A stretch of DNA of 63,989 nucleotides, counting the filler, from Folioceros fuciformis (Eukaryota): assembly GCA_049999805.1 (NCBI GenBank). It is 13 parts of 13 records of this genome, joined end to end, with 100 filler letters (N's around TTAATTAATTAA, not from the genome) between each part and the next. Parts side by side here need not be neighbours in the genome. Positions count along the whole stretch, not along the records: positions 39,356 to 54,568 come from JBNGIO010003067.1; positions 54,669 to 57,851 come from JBNGIO010003068.1; positions 57,952 to 59,612 come from JBNGIO010003072.1; positions 59,713 to 61,434 come from JBNGIO010003078.1; 9 more parts are not named here. One strand, 5' to 3'. A model generated the notes under the pieces. That model did no database searches, had not been told where the DNA came from, and worked only from the letters and a program-made list of their open reading frames with translations. This document shows, piece by piece, positions 51,496 to 61,534 of this stretch (positions within the stretch are counted from its first letter, which is position 1; the number at the start of each line of letters is the position of its first letter). The position numbers and the translations under genes are program-made.

Positions 51496-54400
51496 TTAGA
51501 TCAAGTCATGGACGTCTTGGATGGCCTCAGAATCGACAACTATCTCTACATCTCTAAGACGTTGGCCCTTTGTGTCGCTGAAGTTGTCTCCTTCCACCTC
51601 CAGTACCGAGAAATGTGGATCGTCCACTGTCTGAGGTGGAAGCGTGCCATTCTCATCCCAAATGGTCAGCGCATATAGGTCTTCAGTTGGTCGGTCGTCT
51701 GAGTGCGTAATAACTTCACCTTTCTTTCCCAATAGACTGTAAACCTGCATCCGTCGATCCACGCTACCGTCCGCGCATACTTCCTTGGCCCAAAACTTTG
51801 TGGGCCCATGAGAGAAGGGGTCTGTGCTGATCTCTTCATCAGCGTCTAGCAAAGATCCAAGGCCATTCACTCTCTGCATCATGTAAGTCGTGCATCGTAT
51901 ATCGACGTGCATCGCAACTACATGCCTCCCTCTCTGAAGAGCAGCCTGAAGGAATGATCCGGATCCTGCACAGGCATCCACTACCCAGTCCCCTTCAATC
52001 AAAAACATGTTCACTAGCATCCCCATAAGCCCCAACGGCTTCTAGTATGGGGAGACGACCATCGAATCTGCCGAGTGAAAAAGGTGCTTTTTCACAACAA
52101 CACCATGCCTTATCACTCTCGGCAGTAGAAAACCCTGATTTGCGAATAAGGCTGCTTTGGTGATCTGAGCTTCCAAGTGGACTGCACTACCAACTGTCAG
52201 GTACTCCACAGTCTCCACTGCCCCTACATTCGGCAGAATATTCGTCTTTTCCCAAACCAGTGTCTGTATGGTGCCTTTCTTGCACCACGGCCTAAGTGCC
52301 TCTCTCGCTTGTGAGATCAGGTCAACTCCATGCATAAGCACCCCTCGATAAACATTGCTAGTCGTGCATTCCGAAAACCCCTTGATCATATCTTCAAGTT
52401 CCTCGTTAGTCAACTGCGTGTCGTAATCATGTCGTTGAAGCCTACGAGACAAATCAGCGAACAATAGGGTATAAGGTCTCTTTACCAAAAAACCACTCAT
52501 CTCGAGAACGCTTCACTACATCACTTGATACTTGGTTTTTTGGTTGCTGTTGGACACTCTGAACTCTGACAACCCAGCATCCATGTCGGCGTCCGCTAGC
52601 TTCTGCTTCTCCTCTTCTAACCGCTTTCAGTTCCGTGCTGAGTACACGTAATCCTGGAACGACTTGGGCAACGATTCCAAGTCGTTTATATCTGTAGGTT
52701 TCTGCCAATAAATACATTCGTCAGCAAACTATGTAGCATTCATTCTTCAAAATGGTTAGACTGCACCATTGGCTTGGTCAATGGCAGGAGTGCGCCAGTC
52801 GACCGGCGCACTCTAGCCCATATGAACGGCACAGGCCAAGCGCGGGCTGGAGTGCGCCGGTCTACCGGCGCACTCCAGCCACATGCTGCGCCTAAGCAGC
52901 CAGGATGCTTGGAGTGCGCCGGTAGACCGGCGCACTCCGGCCACAGTCTGGCCCTAGTCCTTCATAAGGGCTGTAGTGCACCGGTAGACCGGTGCACTCC
53001 AGCCACTGACCAAGCCAATCTGGTGAGTGTCCAAGGTTAGTCGAGATTGAAGAAGGAAATAAAAGGAAACTTACCACTTTCGCGAAAGCCGTCTGGAATC
53101 GAAGAAGATTCGCGTCTTCGGTGTGCTTGGGGTAGATCTGTTCGGCTTCTTCGAAGGTCGCGCACTTCAACGCTATGCGAAATGCGTGCTATATCATATG
53201 GATCTTCTTCCTCTTGCCCACCTCTGCGTCCATATCCTTTAGCTGGAGCTTCCCCTGTATGACCTTCTGCGTCACTGCGATCAACATTTCTTCTCCTTTT
53301 GCTCTTGCTGGAACCCCTTGAAAGGCCCTCCAAGGCCTGCCCTGCATTGTCATTACCTTCTTGGTGGACTCGTCAGCAATCGGAGTGCTACTGGAAGCTA
53401 TGCCAGCTTCCCTGGCTTCCTCTTCGCTTTCGCCCGCTTCTTCGTGCCTGTGCTCCCTCCTACTACCTATTCCGGAAGCTCGCTCCTCTCCCACATCTTA
53501 AAGATCATGTCCACGTCCTCCCACAGGACTCCGCTGCACCTTGCCACCCGATATGGCAATGTCTGTCTATCCACCATCTTCTGGACCCAGTCAATATCCC
53601 TTGGGTCACCTGCCTCATCAGTCATCCCCAACAACCTGTACATATTGAATTTCCACTTCACTGGTGGCTTCTTGTCCAGGTCGTGGCTCCTGTAGAAAAT
53701 ATCCAACTCATCATGGATATATCTTACTTGTTTGATGAAGCCCATCCTCTTTCGTTTGTCGGCAAACACATTGTGATCAACAGCAAGGACTCGCATTTCC
53801 TCATTTGTGAGGCCTGCATAAACATGCCCTTCCATCCACTCGCACTTGTCTTCTCCTAGGTACATCTGATGCAGCTTCTGCATAGCTGCAAAGCAATGGT
53901 TGCCCCCAAGCACTCCCATCTGGTACCCCTGTGTTGTTATCTTCTCGAGCAAAACATCCTCCTTCTTGCAAGCTTGTTTCGGATCAATCATGCATAGGAG
54001 AGATAAAATACCTTCCTTCACAGACCCTGTCTGCATTTGCCTGACCAGGCACTTCATCCAAGCTTCGTCAACCTCATGAATCTGGGCATCTGCTGTGATA
54101 TAGCTTGTAGGGTGGAGGATATCCACATGAAGATCGAACAACTGTTCGGGGCGGCTCGTCCTCGAAAGTAGGCCCTTGAGCCTGCCGCCTCTGCTTCCGC
54201 CTCATAGAGGCCTCGTTGGCAGACCCTGTCGACCTGCTCTTCCTCTTCTGTGGTGAAGCTGCAATGACACCACAGCAATTGTTGCAACAGATATTCACGA
54301 CAAGAAACCAGACAGTAAGGAAACCAGACCCGACCACATTGCAGACCGATTAGCAAGATACCCACTTGTGGCTCTTTTTCAAGACCTCGCAAGAGAGGTC

Positions 54401-54568
54401 ATGGCCGTCTTCTTCTTCTTCATGACTGGGGTGCCGGTAGGCCGGAGCACCATCTTCTGCTTCGTTCTGGGGGGCGTGACCTCCACAGGCGATTCCTCCT
54501 CTTCTTCCCGGTCAGACCGTAAGCCTCTTCCACCTTCCATGGCCTCGTTGAGGCTGTCTTCTGTCGAG
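51496..54568 (-). pseudogene. Spliced ParB/Srx-like domain + beta-class N4-C/N6-A DNA methyltransferase fusion (decayed; 5' end lost at gap)
   Basis: Exons 54568-54366, 54258-53075, 52701-51496 with GT-AG introns. ParB-like QIHEVDEAWMKCLVRQM..GGNHCFAA..LTNEEMRVLAVDHN. MTase LLFADL, LVWEKTN, VEYLTVG, PY*KPLGLMGMLV, GDWVVDACAGSGS..AA..GR. Contains in-frame stops and frameshifts. Confidence 0.82.
52788..53000. repeat. Four 26-bp palindromes at 62-bp spacing inside the ParB-MTase intron
   Basis: Copies at about 52788, 52850, 52912 and 52974. 52845-52880 is a perfect 17-bp inverted repeat with a 2-nt spacer. Confidence 0.95.
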
Positions 54569-54908
54569 NNNNNNNNNNNNNNNNNNNNNNNNNNNNNNNN
54601 NNNNNNNNNNNNTTAATTAATTAANNNNNNNNNNNNNNNNNNNNNNNNNNNNNNNNNNNNNNNNNNNNTGCGGTTAATCAGTGCGACATTGGCATGGATT
54701 GGCAGGCTTCTTCCTCAAGCGACATGGTGCCTACGAAAGCACCAGAGTTCATTTCTCAAGGTAGGCCACGACTTCGGTTGAAGATGGGCTTTCGTTTGTT
54801 GAAGTTGATAGTCTGATCTTCGCTGTTCCCGTTTTGCTGCTTTGTTCCTGATGATTCTGAAGGAATTGACATCGACTTCCGATAGTCTCTTGTACGTCTG
54901 AGTCTTCT

Positions 54909-56660
54909 TTGCGAAGCCAGTATCCTTTCACGCTAGCGACCATGAAAATAACACCTCTGAAGCGGAATGAAGATCGCACAATCTTGCACGGGGACTTTGA
55001 TGATTCAAATGCAGAAGGAATTGCGAGTGGACACGGGTTACCAAGAGAATTGACCGGAGAGCGCTTCCAGCCCGAAGCTGAAGCTGGGGATGTCTTGGCC
55101 GTAGACGTAGTCAGGACGACGGGCACATCGTCGCGAAAAACATACAATCTAAAACCATCATCCGAGTCCTTGATTGAAGTTCCTGGAGATCATTGACACA
55201 GTCGGAAGAAAAAAATCTTGACTGTACCTGAGGAAAAGTGTTCTGAGATCCGCATTTCTGCAGATTATCGGAGACTATGTTGTGCAAAGCAGTATCTCAG
55301 ATCCTTAGGAAAACCAGGCTTTCGGGATTTGAGATATCGATTTCTAAACCTATGCAGGACAGAGCAAGAAATGTATTTGCAGACCCTGTTTGATGTCAAG
55401 CGCGCTTTGGATGGACGCTCGATCGTGGTGGCTTTTCTCATTGGATCAGTAAAGATACGCTGTTGTCGGGACGCATTCAAACGAGTTTTTTGCATCGGTG
55501 CGAACAGGTACGAGGCAGCAAAAGAAAGAGCTTTGGATAACATTATGTGGGTGGGCTCTGTCCACGTAGAAAAGCACACCTGGGATCCCGCTATGGCTGC
55601 TTGTGTTTGGATGGATCAATTGTTCTGCCTCCTTGTAGAACACATGCCAAACATTGAAGTGTACCATCTTCCCGACTCGTACACAAAAGGGGAAATTTTT
55701 AGGGAGTGCAAGCAGCAAATGCAACGAGCGGAACAGTACAGTGTGTCTTACTCTTATTTCTGTCAATTGTGGGCTTCACATTTCTACAAGGTGCAAATTC
55801 CAAAGACAAACAGGTTTTTGTTCTGTATAAACTGCGATTACCTGAAAAGAAACATCAGAGCCGAGTCTGATAAGAAGAAACAAGGTATGTGAGCGTGTTT
55901 TTTCAGTTACGTTTCACGTAGGCATATGAAGTGCGCCAGTCAACCGCGCACTGCATTCCATCATTCCCTGGTAAGTGTGCCGGTTGACCGGCACACTTTT
56001 TCTTCCCAATGATGTTGTGAGTGCGCTGGTAGATTGGCGCACTGCCCTTGTTTCGAACCCTTCAGTTGTCATGGTGACTGCGCATTGCTGGGTGTGTGCC
56101 AGTCTACTGGCGCACACCTTCCTCTCCCACTCAAGAAATGAAGGAACTGACTGCTTTGTGGCGGGTGTGTGCCGGTCTATTGGCGCACACCTTCCTCTCC
56201 TACTCAAGAAATGAAGGGACTGACTGCTTTGTGGTGGGTGTGTGCCAGTCTACCGGCGCAAACCTTCCTCTTCCACTCAAGAAATGAAGGGACTGACTGC
56301 TTTGTGGCGGGTGTGCGCCGGTCGTACACTTTTTCCGTATTCTAATGTAAAGTATTTGATGTTTTTTGTAGAGGGCTTTGAATCTGACTTGAAGCTTCAT
56401 CGAAATAGACTGAAGGCAGAGCGCGAGAAGAGTATAAAACATCGGGTCAAATGTTATTGCGACCCCAGAAAGTACATTGGAATATCAGTGGATGGATCAA
56501 CAGAAGACTCACCTGCCCCATTTTGTACGAGTGCCCAAAGATTTAGCGGATGTTGGCCTCGTTGACGTCCATGTAGTAGGGTGTATGGTATACAACAAGA
56601 CTTTGACACCAAAGCTCTTCATCGAGTTCGGCAACATTCGAAACGATGCGAACTTGACAT
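54909..56660 (+). pseudogene. Spliced DDE-transposase-like pseudogene (CxxC..H and DGMDQxK motifs; DUF7869-like)
   Basis: ORFs 54909-55196 and 55218-55892 share a frame (TGA between them). Intron 55885-56371 (GTATGT..TAG). Motifs YHLP, SYFCQLW, IPKTNRFLFCINC, LKLHRN..ER, ISVD[G]MDQQKTHLPHF (frameshifted), HVVGC, DANLT. True start is uncertain. Confidence 0.7.
55930..56330. repeat. About seven copies of the same palindrome, including a 73-bp tandem unit, in the transposase intron
   Basis: GTG(C/T)GCC(G/A)GT-NN-AC(C/T)GGC(G/A)CAC variants at about 55930, 55974, 56019, 56093, 56166, 56239 and 56312. Confidence 0.92.
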
Positions 56661-57827
56661 AAATGGAGAGCAGGAGAGATGATAAATCATAGGGCAATAA
56701 TCAACAATAATTATTCAAAGTAATGGAAAGAGTGCATATTATCTATGCTAGGCACCTCTTCGCTAAAGTGACCTTTCATTAATTAAACTAAACTTAACTA
56801 ACCACAACTAACCGGGGGTAAACCCTAAGCGAGTGAGGTTACCCGTGAACACCCTCTCTTAAGCGAAACGAGCTTAGGAGTTATGACGGGACTAAACACG
56901 GGTTTAGCAAAGAGGGTGAGGACGGCCACGAGGAGAGGATGGGCACGCGAGGCTTAATGAGCAACACTCATCACTCATAGAGGACGTGTGAGCTGGAGGG
57001 AGATGGAGCAGAGAATGAATCTTACATCAGCCTACACAGCGCTCCTCATAGCCATCTTCCTGTGTGTCCAGATCGCGAGGGTGTATACGATGCCTGGGAA
57101 TCGTTCTTCGAAGCGGAGTAAGGAGAGCAGGGAGGCTAGGAGAACTCGCCCTTCTAAGCGTCCAGCAGCAAAGGAGGAATGGGATGAAACCAATGTGGTG
57201 GAGACCAGCTTAATGGTTGGCGGCAGGAAAGTGTTGTTCAACGTGACCTTGTGATGGGCGAAACCTGGGAGAGAAGAAGAGCTCCCAGCGGATACTGGCG
57301 ATGAGACCAGTTTGATGAGGCCGCTACAAGAGGCACATAGACTGCTTGGGCTGCTGAAAATATTGCAGGAAGAAGAGGCAGCAATCGGGGAAAACCAGCG
57401 TACAGGTGATTGGATTAACTTCGAGCTTCATCCACCTGACCAGTTTTTCAAATTGTTGCAGTGTTGTGGTAGCTAACCCTCCCTGTTGCCTGATGGCAAG
57501 CACATAAGAGCACAGAAGGAAGAGCTATATTCCACAATACTGAGGACATGGGCCTCACCCGTAAGTCTTGTTTGCAGTAGGTTAAGCTGCGGGTTTGAAA
57601 TAGGATTGAAATTTTATCAGCCCAAGTGCCTGTATATGCTTCTAATGTTTATGCTTTGGTAGGGCCTTTGTTAGGATGTCTGCTGTGTTATTCTCAGTAG
57701 GCACGTAGAGAATTTTAACTAACCCCCTCGCAGCAGCATCTCTAACATAGTGATGATGGACTTCGATATGTTTTGTCCGAGCGTGGAAGCGGGGATTTGC
57801 AACAAGGGCGATGGCTGATTGATTGTC
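56656..57827. mobile_element. About 1.17-kb insertion (solo-LTR-like) interrupting the transposase-like gene
   Basis: Bounded by TGACA..TGTCA. The transposase reading (..DANLT) appears to resume as VE followed by a GTGAGT donor at about 57830-57842. No clean target-site duplication. Confidence 0.5.
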
Positions 57828-58124
57828 ACAGTAGAGGTGAGTAGGGCCATCNNNNNNNNNNNNNNNNNNNNNNNNNNNNNNNNNNNNNNNNNNNNTTAAT
57901 TAATTAANNNNNNNNNNNNNNNNNNNNNNNNNNNNNNNNNNNNNNNNNNNNAAACATTCACTTACCTTTTCACTAGGGTTGCGTCTCTAGTTTTTAAAAG
58001 GTCACGCCGTTTCAGAATAGATTAAGTTAAGTTGGTTTATTCTTTAATGTACTCTTCTTGATATATACACAATATAATGTAATTGTTGTATGCAATTGAT
58101 TTACACCTTTTTATTAATTTTGTC

Positions 58125-59556
58125 AAGAGGAAGACTGCAACCACCTCTTCGTCCAAGATGCGCAAGAGAAACACAGGTTGTTGTCAAAAACTCACCCGAT
58201 GTTCTTTCTGTTCTCCTGTGTGAAGAAACTAGTATCTTGGGAAGCCACTAACGCTAACATCTTGCCTAACATTGAGAAATGTTTCAGTGGCAGCTTCTTC
58301 ACTGCAAAAGAGGAAGAACAGGATGGCAGGTCCTGTAAGCGAAGCAATTACTCGGCGTAAGCAGAGGCGGAAGGCCCAAGGTCCTACTTGCAAAGAGGAG
58401 CCGCCACGGACAGTGGAGACAGACGCCGAAAGAATGGAGAGAGTTGAGCAACATGAAGACTATTTGAATGCAGTTCGGAGAAAAGCTCATGCCAGACGGA
58501 TTCGATCAACAACGTTTGATCTGCATGTGGACATCCTGCATCCGGCCAGTTAAATTACAGCAGATGCACAAATACGGGAGGTAGATGAAGCGTGGATGAA
58601 GTGCCTAGTCAGGCAGATGCAATCAGGGTCAGTGAAGGAAGGCATTTTGCCTCTCCTTTGCATGATAGATCCCAAATAGGCTTCCAAGAAAGAAGATCAC
58701 AGTGCAACAGTACAAGATGGGAGTGCTTGGAGGAAACCACTGCTTCGCAGCTATGCAGAAGCTATACCAAATGTACCCAGCTGAGGACAAATACGAATGG
58801 ATGGAGGGGCATGTTTATGCAGGACTAACAGATGCGAAAATGCGAGTCCTCGCAATGGATCATAATGTGTATGCCGACAAACGAAAGAGAATGGGCTTCA
58901 TTGAACAAGTTCGATATATCTACGACGAGCTGGATATCTTCTACAGGAAACATGGATTGGATGAGAAGCCCCCCGTGAAGTGGAAATTCAATCTCTACAG
59001 GTTGCTGGGGATGACAGATGAGGCAGGTGACCCTCGGCACACTAACTGGGTGCAAAAGATAGTAGACAGGCAGACATTAGCATATTGGGTGGCCAAGTGT
59101 AGTGGGATCCTGTGGGAGAACGTGGACAGAATATTCAGGATGTGGGAGAGGAGTGAGCTGCCTGAACAAATAGCAGGAGGAAGCTCTGGCACAAAGAAGC
59201 ACGCAAAAGCAAAGAGGAAACCTGGGGAAGCTGGACTCGCTTCTAGTAGTACGCCAATGCAAGACGAGTCTTCGAAGAAGGTTGTAGCAATCAGGACAGG
59301 CCTTGGAGGGCTTTCCAAGGAGTCCCAACAGGTGTTAAAGGCGAAGAGATGCTTATTGCTGTGACGCAGAAGGTTATCCAGGGGAAGCTGGACCTCAAGG
59401 ACATGGACAGAGAGGTGGGCAAGAGGAAAAGGATCCATCTCATCCAACATGCTTTCAAGATGGCTTTAAAGTGCGCAACCTTTGAGGAAGCGGAAGTGTT
59501 GTATCCCAAGCATACGGAAGACGCACATCTCCTCATATTCCAGACTGCAAAAGTGG
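58125..59556 (+). pseudogene. Second, partial copy of the ParB-like(-MTase) gene, ParB exon only
   Basis: Colinear homology with 53075-54366 (DILHPAS, GVLGGNHCFAAMQKL, LAMDHN, WERSELPE, FQTAKV). Ends at the same splice donor (AAAGTG/GTAAG, about 59556) shortly before a gap. Confidence 0.88.
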
Positions 59557-59829
59557 TAAGATTCCACACTCGGGAATGGGTCTTTGTTTTCCATCTTTTG
59601 GAGTGAAAGTGGNNNNNNNNNNNNNNNNNNNNNNNNNNNNNNNNNNNNNNNNNNNNTTAATTAATTAANNNNNNNNNNNNNNNNNNNNNNNNNNNNNNNN
59701 NNNNNNNNNNNNTTTCCTTGTGGCACTGTTAAGGATCATGTGATTTGTGTAACGGAACAACCAAGTGTTTCCTTGTGGCACTGTTAAGGATCATGTGATT
59801 TGTGTAACGGAACAACCTTGTGTTTCCTT

Positions 59830-61434
59830 GTCTGTCCTTAGACACTTCAGTCGCAGGCTAGACTGATTCTCCACAAGGGTGACAAACTTCCGAAACACTG
59901 TCAGAACATCATCCTTTTTCCTCAAAGGATAAACCCATACCTTGCGTGAGCAATCATCTATGAAAGTGACAAAATAGGACGCACCGCCTAACGATACAAT
60001 GGGCATAGGTCCACAGACGTCACTGTGAACCAACTCAAGAGGTTTACTTTTGTGTTTACCTCTTGCTCCATGTGGTGACTTGGTCTGTTTCCCATACAGA
60101 CAGTGCTCACACACGGAGAAATCGGAGAAGTCAAAAGCAGGGACGTAACCAAAACAAGATAGTATCTTCATTCCTTTTTGAGACATATGTCCTAACCGAC
60201 TATGCCACAAGGAAACACTTGCCTGTTCCGTGACACAAATCACATGATCCTTGACAATGGATACCTAAAGTGAGTACAAAGTGCCACACTTCAATCCACG
60301 AGCTAATACAAGAGAACCTTTGGAGATCTTCCAAGAACGATCTCCAAACCAACAATGGTAGCCAGCATCATCCAACTGCCCTGCACTAATCATGTTCTTA
60401 GCCAACTTGGGAACATGCCTAACATCCTTTAGTACGAATGAAGATCCGTTGTCGAACTTCAACTGCACATTACCAACGCCTGCAATCTCGCATGCGTAGT
60501 TATTTCCAAGCCGTACACATCCTTTCCTAGTAGCATCATATGTGCTAAACCACTCTCTATGCGGAGTAACATGGAAAGATGCTCCAGAGTCAATTATCCA
60601 ATTAGAGAATAAGGGACTCTCCACGGCTGTCAGTTGTGCACAATCGGAGGAAGAAGAGATAAGAACATTTCCATCGTCAATAGAATTTACCTCGTTAGGC
60701 TTAGTACTTGGACTTGCTTTGTTGTCGCTTTGCTTCTTCTCCTTTCCTTTGTCCTTCTTGAACTTCTCGCAGTCCTTCCTGATGTGCCCCTTCTTGTGAC
60801 AATGGTAACACTCAACATTGTTACGACTACGAGATTTACTACGGGAAGAACTTCGCTCTTTGTACTTCCCCTTTGAAGTGAACCTTCCTCTCACCATGAG
60901 GGCATTGGAACCTTTCGAAGGTTCCATATTCTTCCTGTTCACCTCCTCTGTTAACAGGCTACCTTCGACATTTACAATGGTAAGACCACTGGCAGGAGTG
61001 GAATTACTCAGAGCTGTACGAAAGGTGTCCCAGCTCTCTGGTAATGTGACCAACAGAAACATAGCTCTCACGGAATCTGGGAACGAGATACCTTGAGATG
61101 AGAGCTAGCTGAAAATGGTATTGAACTCGTTCAGATGATCAGACATCCTCGTCCCTTCCTTCATCTTCAAGTCCACCAGTTGTTTCAACTAGTACACCTG
61201 AGAAGCCGCACTTTGCTTCTCGTACAGGTCACCCAACTTCTGCCATAGCTCGTAGCTTGTGGTCTTGTCTTTCACGTTGAAGTAGACCGACTTCGACAAT
61301 GTTAGCATGATGGTAGACCTAGCAAGCTCATCTAGATCCTGCCACTCATCCTGGGTCATGCTAACAGGTTTCACTCCTAGCAACTTTATGGGCTTGATCT
61401 GCTTCTTCTGTACTAGAACATTATACACTTGTTC
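59830..61434 (-). mobile_element. Ty1/Copia family A fragment: gag, protease, integrase N-half
   Basis: Close match to about 430-2000; ORFs 61189-61428, 60265-61071 (CYHCHKKGHIRKDC, WIIDSGAS) and 59791-60243. Confidence 0.95.
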
Positions 61435-61534
61435 NNNNNNNNNNNNNNNNNNNNNNNNNNNNNNNNNNNNNNNNNNNNTTAATTAATTAANNNNNNNNNN
61501 NNNNNNNNNNNNNNNNNNNNNNNNNNNNNNNNNN

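Noticed and set aside
51496-54568. Bacterial or phage contamination as the source of the ParB-methylase
   Set aside because: The gene has GT-AG introns, shows methylation-type decay and shares a contig (39356-54568) with a plant DUF4228 gene.
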